A DNA stretch of 64,000 nucleotides from Camelus dromedarius (Eukaryota), in assembly GCF_036321535.1 (NCBI RefSeq), contig NC_087458.1, positions 10,850,001-10,914,000 on the forward strand, in the 5' to 3' direction. Shown here one piece after another: positions 46,647 to 60,855 of the stretch (the first letter of the stretch is position 1; each line of letters starts with the position of its first letter). The notes beneath the pieces were generated by a model. That model saw only the letters and a program-made list of their open reading frames with translations. It searched no databases and was not told the DNA's origin. The translations under genes were made by a program, and so were the position numbers.

Positions 46647-49600
46647 AAATGGCATAGTTAAGGAATCAAAAGTAGGAGTATAAATTGGAGTTGAGAAGGT
46701 CGAGAACTAACTAGAGATTGTATGGATTTTCCTAAAACCACCCAGAATGATAGGAAGAGTTGGCGCAGAGAGGTTATCTAATAGGCACTCAGTAAGCATG
46801 AAGGATTAAGAGTAGTACAGCCAAATGGCATAAGCTTCAAAGAGGGAAGATTTTTTGCAAGAGGATGAAAGCACAGTCATCTGAAGGTAGCAGTGGATAG
46901 CAGAGAAGAATGATAGCCTGCCACCCTTTCCTACAGGAGTGGGAGAAAGAACAGCCTCTACTTTAGAAGACTGAAGAGAAGAGATACCTATTAGAAAAAG
47001 CTAAAAATGTCTACAGCCCCAGTCCCTCCCTCCGATACTGGAACTGTTCATTTGCAAACAACCTTCCCTATATTCTCATTTTCTTCACAGATTACTCCCT
47101 GGCTTTTCAGAAAGGAACTCATCAGGACAGAACTAGCTGTGATGTATGGAAGGGGGATGTGCCCCACCACATAAGCCCACGAAAGAGGCAGACCCAGACC
47201 CTACTTCTTAAAATAGAATCATATTCTCTCTATACCCATATCCAGAAGTGATTTAACACCTAGCAGTCTTGGCATCACAGTAGTAATTCCTTTCCATGAG
47301 CCCATCTCCTCTCTAACCTAACCCAACCCCATTTGGAGGATAAGAGAGGAGAGTCCATGCGGAGGACTGCCATCTCTGACACTATGGTGTCCTGTCTGCT
47401 CTTTGCAGCCTGCGGGGAAAAGACAGATTGCCCTCTTCACTCAGAATGGAAAGCTAAAGCAAGGGCTGGGATTCTTCATTAGGCATTCAAAGTAATCCCT
47501 CTTCCTCTACAGGATTTGTAGGACTTAATCCTTTGCCCTGGGGCCAAACCTTAACTAAATTTTACAAATTCCAGACATTGGGACAATTGCTTGGCCAGCT
47601 GTTCCTAAATCAGTCCATTTATGACTACATTTGTAGAAATGTTTTCTGTTTGGGGGACCCTTGAAGTTCACTCTTAATAACATGAAGGTACAGGTGGTAT
47701 AGGTGCTGAAGAGATCATAATGCCAATAAAGAGCGGAGCAGATATCCTGAGGTGAAATGGAGTAAATAACTAACCCAAGGAGATTTGCGTAGAGGTGGGC
47801 ACTCTCATGCCCAATACGGAGAAAAATATTTCAAACAAGATTTTTTGTCATTTGAGGCTAAACAGCTGTTCCCCTTTGGATTAAACTATACATCATTTCT
47901 GCAGTTACAGCATAAACCTCATCTATTGCCTGATGTTTTTTCCACCCTCTCCTTGCTTCAGCTAAAAACTTGAGAAAACTCTATTGAGAAGTTTGAGAAC
48001 CCTGTGTAGGATTCTCTTGTTCGTCTGCCTTGTTCCTCAGTTCCTGTCTCTTCCTTCAGGCCTCAGCTGAGATAACATCCCTCTAGCCTTCAAACATTGG
48101 CCCCTCCAACTGGACCCTGACTCCCATCTTTTCCTTCTTCTTAATAAACTCTGTTCCCACAATTATCTCTATCCTTCACTAGAATCTTTAAACTGACATC
48201 CTTCTGCTACCTTTCACATGCCTCTATTTCCAGTATGTCTTGCACTAAAATTCTTAATTCACTGTAATTTTCAGTGATTAGAAAAGCCTTTTTTCTGTAC
48301 TTAGAAAAATCTCTTTGTAACTTCCACTTTCTGGTCCTTTTTTTTTTTTTTCCCCCTCTCTGAATCAATACATCATAGTTACATGTCAGCCCTTCAGATA
48401 GCTAATATGTCCCTACTAAATTTTTTTTTCCAAGTCAATGGTAGTACCAACTCAAATTATAATAGATCTATTATCTTCCTTGATCTCAATACTCTATTAA
48501 GGCTGCTTGTCCCAGTCCATGCTGTTCCCTAGTTCTGCCAGAATTAAAGTCTTAAAACCAGACTTTCCCTTAAAGAATTCTGCACGCTGTTAGCAACCCA
48601 TCGTCCCAGGTACCCTCTTGAATCTTCCAGGCCCACTCTGATCCCTGTGGCCCTGCCTGGGCTTTACTCTTGAACTTTATTCTACAGTGACTTGCTGACC
48701 TGACAGTCCTTTCTAGTTCTTGGTGCCCCCATTAACTCCAGTTACCAAGCTACTCCAGTTACTCATTTTCACCCAGGCATCATACTGGCTCCTAATTTCA
48801 CTCGTAATTCCTAACTAGCTGTAAGCCCTTAACTAGAATTCTGGTGACTCCTCCCTCCTAGGGAATAGAAGAATAGGGACCACAATCAGTCACTGACTCC
48901 TAATGATCTGTCCAAAATTCTCCTTAACTTACTCTCTTTTCTTTGTTTGCCAGCTCTGACCCTCACTAATGTGACTTTAGGCAAGTTTCTTAACTTCTCT
49001 GAGCTTATTTTCTCATCTGTAAAAGCGACAGATATAAAATAACATCGATCTCATAGGTCATTGTTCTAAGACTATATTAAATAATATATGTGAAGTATCA
49101 CCACAGGGCCTAGCTTTGTAAGTACTGGATAAATGTTATCTAATATTTATATATAACAATTTTCACCAGATTTCAGAAGTTCAGGAGGGTCTTTGTTAAT
49201 GCTTTCTGCTGCCCCCATGGGGATGACTTTTTCCAAGTCATTGGTTATCATACAGGCAGGCCATGATGGGAAAAAAATTTAAAAATCCCTGTCTTACCAA
49301 CCCCACCAGCTACTTAGAGAATTAATCATTTCTTTGGTTGGTTGTTTAATCGAATAAAAATGCTTCTATATTCTAGCCAATTCATTATCCTTTTCGAAGA
49401 ACATATCAGGAAACTGTTAGGTTTTTCTGAAATCAAGATGTACTGTATCTGTGATGTCCTCCTAGTCTGTTAATCTAGTAATACTGGCAAGGAGAGTTAT
49501 TCAGTCATTTATTTAATAAATACATGGTAAACATTTACTAATGTCAAGTACTGTGATAGGCATGTAGGATAGGAAACACGTGGTAAACAAAACAGACATG

Positions 49601-50189
49601 GTCCATGTCTTCATGGAGTTCACTGTATACAGGGGTAGACAGACACTAAGGAAAATAGCAAATAAATCATTTTAAATTGAGATGGGTACTATGGAGGAGA
49701 AGAACAGAATGCTGTTACAGGAAGATGAATGATTGGGGAAAGCTTCTCTTTGAGGAGGTGACATGGAAGCTGAGACCGGAAGGAGACAAAGGAGTCAGCC
49801 TTCTTGTAAAGAAAGGGAGAAATCTCTTAGGCTGAGAGGATGCCTGCAAAAAGCCCAGAGGCAAGGAAGAGCTGACACTTGGGGAGACTGAAACACATCG
49901 TGCTGAACCCCTGTAGGCATCTGAGGATCACTGCTTTCTTTTCTCACTCATAAAACACTCTTTAGTAGCTATTCTATAGTTTTACTGAGAATCAGTAATC
50001 TCAGTTTTTTGGTTTCCAGAATTCACTATCTAGAATTTCCCTATTTGAAAATGTGGACATTTGCCATATTGTGAATTCCTCAGAATACCTGAAGGGAGTA
50101 CAATTTCACTTACGTAGTGTTTTTGATTTCAAAAACACCATGTATCCAGGCCTTGAACTCATTTAAAATGCTAAAAATCCTATTACTAT

Positions 50190-52990
50190 CTTAGCTAAAC
50201 ATTAATGAAGTTATAACAAAAAGAATTTTCCTAACTCATATTACCTCATTTCTTCATGTTTTCTTCCAAGCTTTAGCTATTTATACACATTTATACATGG
50301 CTAAAATAATGTAATTATCATTTTTGCAGATGATAGCTTATTTACATAGATAATCTTGAAAATCAACTTTAAAATTATTACAAATAATAACAATTTAGTA
50401 AAGTGATGTAGGGGGACGAAACATGCAGAAATAAATATCCTTTATATATATAAACATGTAAAAGATAAAACTGAAGAAAAGACCCAATAGCAACAAATCA
50501 GATAAAATGCCTAGGAATAACTAACAAGAATGTACAAGATCTGTATGAATGGAATTCTAAAATGCTACCAACATAAAAGAAATCATGATCAAATGGAAAG
50601 TAACATCATGTTCTTGGATAGAACATATGTTGTCAATTTCCCAACACTGCCTATAAATTTAATGTCTAGATCAAAATATCAGCAGGATTTTTAAAAAAAT
50701 CAAACAAATGTATTTAAATTCACATGGAAAAATAAGGAATAATTGAAAGGAAAATTCTGAAAAAGATAAGTAATGAAGCCAACTCAACCAGATATAAACA
50801 TATATGTAAATCTACAATAATTAAAACAGTGGGTTAATACCCTGTGAGTAAACAAATTAATGGAATAGAATGGAAGGTCCAAGGACAGACCCAAATATGT
50901 GTGGAAATTTTGTATTAATAAAGATGTCACCTTAAATACCCTTCAAAATTAATTCCATATGCATTAATAGCTAATCATAGTTAATATAAAGTACTAGAAA
51001 CTAAAATATAAGGGTATGAAAAGGTTGAAAGTAAAAAAATGAGAAAAATACACTATGCAAACATAAACCAAAAGAAAATTATATAATAACAAATACAGTA
51101 GGCTTGAAGGCAAAAGCATTACTAGAAATAATGGCATTTCATATCAGTAAGTCCAATTCACTGGGAAGTTATAAATTTGTATGCACTGAATAACAAAATA
51201 TATAGAGCAACAGAGCTACAAGGGAAAGATAGACAAATTCACAATCAGGAGATTTATCACGCCACTCATTCACTGATAAAGAACTAATAGACAAAAAAAT
51301 TTAGTACATAAAAATCTTAACATGAGCAAATTTCATTCAACAAGCAAATATAGTCACTATACCCCCAAACTGCAAATTACTAATTATTTTCAAGCACACT
51401 TGGAACTTTTAAAAAACTGATCGTATTGTGTTATAAAGCAAATTTCAACAAATTTCAAAGTATTGAAATTATACAAAGTGTGTTTCTTGCCCTCATTGCA
51501 GTTAAACTAGAAATAAGTAGCAATAAGGTAACTAGAAGTTATGAAATAAACTTCTAACCCACACCCCCAAAAAAATCACAGTGGGAGTAGAAAATAATTG
51601 GAACTGAATGATAATAAATATACAACATACCAAAACTTGGATATGGCTAAAGCTTTGCTTACAGAAAAATGTATAGTCTTAATTACACATACTAGGAAAA
51701 AAGAAAAGCTGAAAGTTCTGAAGTTTTGCATCCATCTCAAAAACCTATATAAATCCAGAGAATGTAGAAGAAAGGAAATGTGTACATAGAGATGTCTGGA
51801 AGGATATATATTTAAAGTGATAGTTTTTAATCTCTTGAGGTAGGATTTTGAATTTATTTTTCTGTATTGTTTAAATAAGCTGGAACAAGCAAAGCCACTT
51901 TCAGTTTAAGAGAAGAAGTACTCTAGGAAAATGGGATAATTTTTTAAAAAAATAATATAGACTTTTGTGATATCTCAGCACCAGAAATTATAAGCAAAAA
52001 AACTGATAACTTCATATATGAAAATTTTCTACATGGTTAAAAAAAAATACCATAAATAAAAGCAAAGACAGATGACAAACTGGGAAAAATATTTACAACT
52101 CATCACAAATGGCTAATCTCTTTAATATAAAAAAAAAACTCATGCAAATCAGTAAGAAAAAATGGATGATAATCAAAAAGGAGCGAAGGATATAGGAACT
52201 TACAAAAAAAGAAATACAAATGGGTACTAAACCTATGAAAATATATTCAGCCGTACTTATAATAAGAGAAATGGACATTAAAATTTTCTTGCGATTCCAT
52301 TTCAGTCATGAAATTGGCAAAAAAAAAAAATTTTAGAAACCCCAACTCTGTTGTTAACATTGATTTGTTTTGGGGGAAAGCTTGTCATTTCATATATCAC
52401 CAATAGGAATAAAAATTGATTTAGTCTTTATAGAGGGCAATTTGGCAATATTTAACAAAATTTAAAATGCACCAATCTTTTGTGGCAACAGTTCCATATC
52501 TAAGTATTATACATGTGCAAAATGATGAGTAGACAAGACTATAAACTGCAACATTGTTTGTAATAGCAGAAGACTGAACACAATCTAAATATACATCCAT
52601 GAGGGTCTTGTTGAATAAATCATGGTAGATCCATACAGTGGTGTACATCTACTAAAGAAGAAAGGAGGGGAGAGGAGAAGAATGAGGTAGTTTTATATAC
52701 ATTAATTTGGAACAGCCTCCAAGATATGTTATCCAGTGAAAAAAGCAATGTGCAGAAATGTGTATAGTATGCTGTGATGTGCATAAAAAGTTTTAAAAGA
52801 ATGCACGTGTGTGTACATATTGGTAAGTGCATAGAATATATCTGAAAGGATATATAAAAAACTAGCTGGAGGGGAGGAACCCCTGGGGAAGGGTACTAAA
52901 TAGCCAAGGAATGGGATAAGAAACTTGTGTTTCATTCTATATCCTCTTGTACATTTTGAATTTTGAGTAGATATGTGCATTATCTATTTA
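50190..52990 (+). mobile_element. Old, fragmented L1 (ORF2 and 3' remnants)
   Basis: A-rich + strand with L1 ORF2-like phrases and no intact ORF. Boundaries approximate. Confidence 0.6.
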
Positions 52991-54019
52991 AGAGTGAATA
53001 TTTTAAAACCATATGTGTGTAAAATTTTGCGGTCTGATTTTATGCTTATTTTATAAATATTTGTATATAGCATATTGCATATAATTAGTATAACATTAAT
53101 GGTTTCTAGGAGCTCTCTTCCCCCTTCTGTTACAAATAATGATCTGGATATTTGCTGTCATTAATAACTGTATTCCCTAATGCCTTCCAGCCTTTTGTAT
53201 GCTCTTCTGTCTGCCTAGAATACCGTACTTACCTTGCTCTCTCCTTGCCTGCACATTCAGTGTATTCCTCCTAAGAGGTCCAGTTCAAATACTACTAGCT
53301 TTACCTTATTCTCTCAGGCATACTTATTCAGGCAGTACTTTGTATACCTCCAGAATAAAGATTTTTTATTTTATGGTAATTGATTGTGTATTAGTTTCTC
53401 CTCCCCAAAGACTACATCTTTTCATCTTTGTTAACAAAATCCTCTGGCACCCCCAACCCTTGCCAAGATCTTACTAGCTAGTAGAGAACAGTTAAACTCA
53501 AAGTCCATAGTTCCAAAGTCCCTGGGGGTGATACCAGAGGGTCCTGTGCACAATTCAGCCCATTCCAGGGAGGGTTTGATTGTCTCATTTGTGTTCCTGC
53601 AGCTCTACTGCTTGGTTCAGAACCATCAGTCTTTGTGTTTTCAGAAACATGGGTTCATTATTGATAGCTATATGCCCTTTTAAGGCCTTGACCAGCCCCC
53701 TGCCACCACTTCCAAACCCCCCACCCCCCAGATCCATGCTGCTAATTTCACATTGGGCTAGAAATGATAGAAAGGCTTATCAGTTGGTTAAGGATGTAAT
53801 CTAGAGCCAGACTGTGCCTGAGAGTGAATTCCAGTTCTACAAGTTAGTGTCTGTGTGTGTTTCTTTCATTGAACTTGACTATTCCTCATTTCTTCAAATG
53901 TAAATGAGGATAACGGAAGTCACTATCTTAAGGTTGTTGCCAGAATTAAAGGAGCTAATTTTGCAAAATGTTTAGGACAGTACCTAGCACATAGTAAGCA
54001 CTGTGTAAATGTTAGGGGG

Positions 54020-54020
54020 T

Positions 54021-54059
<39 letters not shown>
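54020..54059 (+). repeat. (TTTA)10 microsatellite
   Basis: Read directly from the sequence. Confidence 0.95.
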
Positions 54060-54060
<1 letters not shown>

Positions 54061-55389
54061 TCATTCTCTTTACCAAGTTCTCTAAGTGTGGACCCAATTC
54101 CCCACAGCATAACAGAGACCAAGTTATAACTTACAAGAATTCTTTGCTGAAGTGTCCAGAATAATTAAAGGCAGTAACAAAAGAGAAAAATTTCTAAAAC
54201 CCATCTACACTGATCCTCTAAAGGGTGGCTACCTCCCTGTAGTAGAGCCAGCATTTCCCTCACCATTCTGAGTTATCTTCCAGAATATCAGAGTCCAGAT
54301 TAACCCCTTAAAGACCAGAGGGAGAAAAAAATCTAAATTCCTTCCCTAATTCAAGATTTCTCCTTTTGTCCCAGGAGTTACCTTTCCCCATGGTGACCAA
54401 CAGTGGGATTTTCAACCATTTTCAGGTGCTCCCTGTGTACCCAACAGTACTATCCCATTAACAATGGTCTGACATCAGTGCATTTCTCAGAATTGAGTTT
54501 TCCAATCAGTTCTGTCCAATTCCTTTTTATAGCTGTTCTAGGACAATTTCCATGAGGGCAAGGACTCTGCCTGCCTTGTGCTTGAATGTAGTAGGAACTC
54601 CATAAATATTTGCATGTGAATGAGCTCTTCCTTTGAAAAAAGATGAAGTTCCAACCTATACACTCTTCTTCAGTCTTCTCAAACTCTTGTGAGAATTACT
54701 TAAAGCAAGAATAAGCTAAGCTTATAATTTAAAAAGAAAAAAGAATCTCTAAAAGAAATATTCAGAGATACAACTATACTTATGAGACAGCCCAATGTCT
54801 AAAGAAGAGACAGCCTTTTGTATTATCATGTACATTATGAGCTCTGCTTTATAAAGTGCTCTAGTAAGGTGATGGGGGTGGGGCAGTAAGATGCAGATTT
54901 AAGAAGACAGCTTTTCTGATGCTTAACTTACCTATCAAGATATTCCTTTATTTTGAAAATATTCATTGAGCATTTACTTTGTGTCAGGCATTATGGCATT
55001 TGGTTTTAGAGACACAGCAATAAACAAGATTGACATGCAGTCCATGTTGTGAGCTTCCAGTCTTTCAAAACAATTAAAGGTTACAATAGGGGAAGTATTC
55101 TAAAGCTAGAGGTCTTCTGCCTGAACTTGAACAAGAGTAGATCTGCATTGGTCATTTTTGTATTTTGAAATTTCAAGAGAGAGTCTGCTTGTTAACCTGG
55201 CTCTAGTATTTTAAAAGTTTGAAAATTAATGGCTTATATTTGATACGAATTTCATCCTGAAAGTCTATTATGTGAATGAATGAAGACACATTGCACATAT
55301 AGTTACAGTCACCCTATAAGCATTACTATCCTCCTTTTATAGGTGAGAAAATGCAGTTCCCAGAGTTAAAGTAACTCTTCAAAGTCTTT

Positions 55390-55750
55390 TCCCTCCAATT
55401 TTATTGAGGAATAATTGACAAATACACTTGTATATAATTAAATTATTTGATATACATGTATATCATATACCTGTGATGATTTTATATACATATACATTAT
55501 GGAATGATTACCAAGATCAGTATAATTAACAGATCTGTCACCTCACATAGTTAACGTGTGTGTGTATGTATGTGTGTGTGTGTGTGCTGAGAATGCTTAA
55601 TATATACTCTCAGCAACTTTCAAACATACAATACATACAATATCATTTTAGTAACTATAGTCATGATGTACATTAGATCCTCAGAATTTTTTCTTTTTAT
55701 AACTGAAAGTTTATATCCTTTAACCTATATTTACCCATTTGTCTCTCTCT
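55390..55750 (-). mobile_element. L1 3' end (L1MA-like) containing a (GT)n tract
   Basis: ttttattgaggaataattgac...gagaatgcttaatatatactctcagcaactttc...taactatagtca; similar to the 24150-24870 copy. Confidence 0.6.
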
Positions 55751-56639
55751 CCCCATCTCCAAAGTTTTATGCCAATTAAATTGCAAGCCTCATTCCAAAT
55801 CTCTGCATCTGCCATCTCACAGTGCCCACACCCAAAAGGGAATAAACCTTTACTTCTCAAGGAGAGAGATCTCTAGTGAGATATTACAGAGCTTTGCCTT
55901 AGCCTTATTGAATATCCAATATTTTAAAGAAAGAAATAAAAGACAAAGCTCACATCATCATCTCAGTGATTAAAGAAAAAGTATTTGGGAAAAAAAATCC
56001 ACATCCATTCTTGATTAAAAAACCTTTAACACTAGAAAGAGAAAGGAACTTCTGTAGCCTGATAAAGGGCATTCACGAAAAGCCTACAGCTAATATTACA
56101 CTTCAGAAAGACAATGCTTTTCCTCCTAAAATCAGAACAAGACAAGGATGTCTGCTCTCAACATTGTAATGGAGGTTTCAGCCATTAGAAATTAAATTTT
56201 GTAGATAAGACTATAGAATTTGATGGTTAATGGGCTCTGATCCAAAGTTACTGACACTGGTTGAAACTATCAACATTGTAAACAAGACACTTAAATTAAG
56301 GCTAAAAATAATGCTCTTGGGTTTAAAAGCCAACTTAGGAAGATACAACATTCTGCAAAGGATTACTGAGTACCTACTGTGTGTCGTGCACAAGAGTCAG
56401 AGACGTGACTCCTTCCTAGAGAAGTTAATTCCAGAAGCAAAAATGTCTAGGCTAGAGTAAGGCAACTCATCTTGCGACTTCTGAACTCCTTTGACACTTG
56501 TTAAAAATTGTTTAATTCTATTGTATTAAATCTAAACAGCCAAGACTGTATATTGTACTTTGATTCTCCACGGTTTCCAATCATTACCAGGAGCTCAATA
56601 CCCTCTTACTGGATGACTGCATGCCTCCCTGCACACCCC

Positions 56640-57080
56640 CCGGCCCCCCGCTATCTCACCCGGACTACATGGAAGTTAAGGAAGCTTATTCCAAGCGTTA
56701 ACGTGTGAATCTCGCGTTTTAAGAAAACAGTGCCTAGAACAGACTGAAATTCTAACAACTCTAAGTTTGGGAAAGTGGCCGGAAGGGTTTTCTGAGATTA
56801 CGTTTCTGAGCATGAACGGAAGTCACTCTTTGAGCAATTTGCCGTTTATTAGGTGCCATACTCAGAACAGAGTAATCCGTTTCCTTTCTGTTCCTCTCGT
56901 TGTACCCACAAGCTGGTGACCAGGTGACAAATTTGTCTTCGTTACTAGAAAATAAAGATCGCATTCTAGGAAGCCTTAAGGTAGCCCAATATCCCATCTT
57001 CCCATAGTAAAGATGGAGGCACTCTGAATGTAAACTACAGGTAATGCCACTTCCGCATTTCACTTGCGCCCTGGACCAAG
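56640..57080 (+). promoter_or_regulatory. UFC1: UFC1 promoter
   Basis: CpG-enriched; ETS cores (CCGGAAG about 56780, ACGGAAGT about 56817, CACTTCCG about 57049) and ACTACA elements upstream of the ATG. Confidence 0.6.
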
Positions 57081-60000
57081 ATGGCGGACGAGGCCACCCG
57101 GCGTGTTGTGTCTGAGATCCCGGTGCTGAAGACTAACGCCGGACCTCGAGATCGAGAGTTGTGGGTGCAGCGACTCAAAGAGGAGTATCAGTCTCTTATC
57201 CGGGTCAGTAGTGCTTCTGCTGCGGACCGCATCGCAAAAGGGTTGCGGGCAATCAGGTGTCCTTACGAATCGGCTCCGTGTGGAAGCCGCTTCCGGTTTT
57301 AAAGTTTAACTTCCAAATTCATAGGTATTAGACGACTGCGGGGCTGAGGGGCTTAGGGAGGCGCGGAGGGGAGGAGGTAGAAGAGACTCAGGTTAGAAAC
57401 CACGGTGGAACCAGACTTTGGCTAAAAACAGCAGTTACTTTAGGGATACGCTGCCCTGGAAGATGACGTGTTCTTCTGGCCCCAGATGTTTGCTCTCCTG
57501 GATGTAGGGGAGGTGGTCAAAAGGAATTCCTGATGCTCTAAGTCCTGGTCCGCTTCTCTCTGCTACCTCCTTTATTTGTCCTGAGGAAGGAATACACGTT
57601 AAAGCTAAAACCTCAAGCAGGTATTAGTTGCAGAGAGTTGAGGAGCTGAGCTCGTAGTTAGGAATGAGCCATGTTCTCAGCTAGTCTCCCTTCTGTGGAA
57701 GAAGAAAGTTTGACTTCCTTGCGGTGGTCTCTGTTTCAAAGACCAGCAGCTTTCCTGGTACATGTATTCATTTCATTAAAATATGTATATATTGTACATC
57801 TAGTACCACTTGGGAAGGCCAAATAAAGTGGAGCCAACCGAGATAGACAGAAACAGATCATTATAATACCTTACAAGGTGAAAGAGGGAAAGGGAGTCTG
57901 AGAAATTGCTAGAATGTTTGAAGCAGGAGGTGAGATACCTAATCCAGCTTGAGTCTGGTCAAGAAAGTCTTCCTAGAAGAGGCAATGCTTGAGCTGATAC
58001 TTAAACATAAGTTAGCCTGATAAAACATGAGGGTAAGAGAAGAACACTTAAGACAAAAGAAACGGCATAAGCAAAGGCATAGAAGCTAGAAACACCATGA
58101 TGTGTGAAGAAACACAAGTAGTTCAGAGTTGTTAGAGCATCAAATGTGTGGCAGGGTGTGGTAGATAAGACTTGAGGAATAGGTTTGAGCACTTGAATTT
58201 TATCTTGGAGGCATTGGGATACCTTTAAAGGATTTTAAGTGGAGGAGTAACATGGTGAGATTTGAGTTTAGATTGATTACAGTGGAAGTAGGGAGGAAAA
58301 CAGAATTGACAGGGATAAGACTAAAGTTAGGGGGCTGTCATTAATCCAGGCAAAGGANNNNNNNNNNNNNNNNNNNNNNNNNNNNNNNNNNNNNNNNNNN
58401 NNNNNNNNNNNNNNNNNNNNNNNNNNNNNNNNNNNNNNNNNNNNNNNNNNNNNNNNNNNNNNNNNNNNNNNNNNNNNNNNNNNNNNNNNNNNNNNNNNNN
58501 NACTCAGTAACTATAGTGAAGTTAGGGAGAAGAGATAGGTTTGAAGAATATTCAGAAGGTAATATCAGCAGGACATCATAAAGGACTGGTTTGTAGAGTA
58601 AACGAGAGGGAGGGTCAAGGATGACTCCCAGATTTTTGGCTTGGTTTTTGACTGAATGCTAATATTGCCACCTGAGATTGATACAGTGGAGAAACAGATC
58701 TGAAAGACTAGGGGGAAATGCTGAATTTCAGGTACCTGTGAAATGGAATTAGAAATTCCAGTAAACAGATGAATAATGGAGTTTGAAGCTCTGAGAAAAG
58801 GTCTGGATTAAAGATAAAGATTGGAAGTCATCAGCATATGGGTGCTAGTCAAAACCAGGACTATATGAGGTCCTCCAGCGAAGGAATATACCGTAAAATG
58901 AATTGTGGGATGAGGGCAGACACTGTCAGAAGTGAGAATAGGACCCAGAAAATATCATAAAGTGTTTTGTGCCAGCTAAATTGAGTGGAACCCAAGCATT
59001 CTGTTCTCTGCTCAGGATAAGTCCCCTACTTACCATGTAGATTTGTCTTCAGCTTTACTTATGCCAGAAAAGTTGGATAAACATACTAAGAGAGGAAGTA
59101 ATCACACACTTTTCTTTTGAGGGAGTGGGGACTGCCCTTGGTCCCAACTCCCCCCTCAAAGACCTTATTCTCTGCTTTTAGTATGTGGAGAACAACAAGA
59201 ATGCGGACAATGATTGGTTCCGACTGGAGTCCAACAAGGAAGGGACTCGGTAGGCAGACCCTCTTGGGAGGTGTGGGGGTGGGGATCTTACATAGTTTGA
59301 GCATTATGATGTCCTAAAGCACATTGCTAGGCCTTTCCTTTCCCTTTCTGGTCTCCACTGTCACAGTTCCAGAGTTCCCCAATTCGTACCCCATGAGGCT
59401 CCCAGGCTGGTCACCTAAACCAAGAAAGTGTCATTTGAGAATTAGAAGAATGTGAAGATTGGACTGAGGTTTGGTCTTTGTTACAGGTGGTTTGGAAAAT
59501 GCTGGTACATCCATGACCTCCTCAAATATGAGTTTGACATCGAGTTTGACGTGAGTATGATGGAGTAGGGAATATGGAGGTTAGTAGAACAGGAGGGATT
59601 AGGTAATTATTCACAAGCTAACCTCTTTGAGGGACCAAAGAAAACTTTTTAAATGGGAGGGAAAGGCTGAAGTTTGAAGCAAGTGTAGGTTATAGTTACT
59701 CTTCTCCATGTCCAGAATCCTGGTATGTACATGCTGCTTGGGGAGTTCGCAGAGCATTTCATTTAAGAAATGTGTATGTCTGATTAGATTGGTTCCTTTC
59801 TATCTTGATTCTGTTTCATTAAGGCTTTATAATTCTTCCAGATTCCTATCACATATCCCACTACTGCTCCAGAAATTGCAGTCCCTGAACTGGATGGAAA
59901 AACAGCAAAGATGTACAGGTAGGACTGAAAAGGAGATGGGAAAAGGTCAAAGAAGGCTTTGGAGAAGAACTCTGGAAGGCAGGAATTTTCCCAGAGTCTG

Positions 60001-60529
60001 CTGGCCTAGAGCTGCTCCAGGTCTTCTGCCAACCCTGGGCAAAAGCACTTAGCTGAACTTGTTCTCAGTTCTGATCACTGGTAGTCTTCCTGTGCTCCCA
60101 AGAACCTGCTATGCTTTATAGCATACCTTGCATGTCAACACCTTCTTCATCTTGTCCCTCTTACAGGGGTGGCAAAATATGCCTGACCGATCACTTTAAG
60201 CCTTTGTGGGCCAGGAACGTGCCCAAGTTTGGACTAGCTCATCTCATGGCTCTAGGGGTAAGTCTGGAATACAGAGGGGGAGGGGGAAGTGGTTAGGTCC
60301 TAAGCAGTGTAATAAAAGTAACTGAGAGTACAAGGAATAACTGTTCTCCTTTGGGCGTGTTCTCCTAGAATATCTCTAGGAAGGAGCTTCTGTGGAATAA
60401 GAGGTATTGATTGGGTGGTAGTAATCTCACAGGGTCTCCCTTCTGTTGCAGCTGGGTCCTTGGCTGGCAGTGGAAATCCCCGATCTGATTCAGAAAGGAG
60501 TGATTCAGCATAAAGAGAAATGCAACTAA
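57081..60529 (+). CDS. UFC1: Ubiquitin-fold modifier-conjugating enzyme 1 (UFM1 E2), 166 aa, 6 exons
   Basis: Exons 57081-57203, 59182-59249, 59487-59550, 59842-59918, 60167-60257, 60452-60529; 501 nt in frame. [24 protein letters not shown]...[16 protein letters not shown] (catalytic Cys)...HKEKCN*. Confidence 0.97.
58358..58501. other. Assembly gap (144 N) in UFC1 intron 1 (L2 region)
   Basis: N run. Confidence 0.99.
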
Positions 60530-60849
60530 TGAAGGATGGAGCCACTGAGGCAGGACAGAGGGACCTTTGATAGGCTACGTTCCTGTTTTCCTGTGCATCA
60601 CTCTTCTTACTCACCTAACTGCTTACCCCACACCCCTTCAGCCATAATTGTAGCTGCAACAGACACTGCTGAAAAAAACAACAGTACTGCTACTGAATTT
60701 CTGAGTTGGGCTACACAGGGAGGGGAAAGACTAGGGCCTTGAAAAACAGTTTATATCCCTTCTCCAGGTGGAGCAGTGTAAGGTGCTGGAGGGATGGGGG
60801 TGACTGAAAGTGGATACATAGTCTTTTTAGTTTCTGGAGATAACTCATC

Positions 60850-60855
60850 AATAAA
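60850..60855 (+). terminator. UFC1: Candidate UFC1 poly(A) signal AATAAA
   Basis: AATAAA about 320 nt after the stop codon. Confidence 0.6.

Noticed and set aside
51598-52980. Several 60-85-aa ORFs
   Set aside because: Fragments within a degraded L1.
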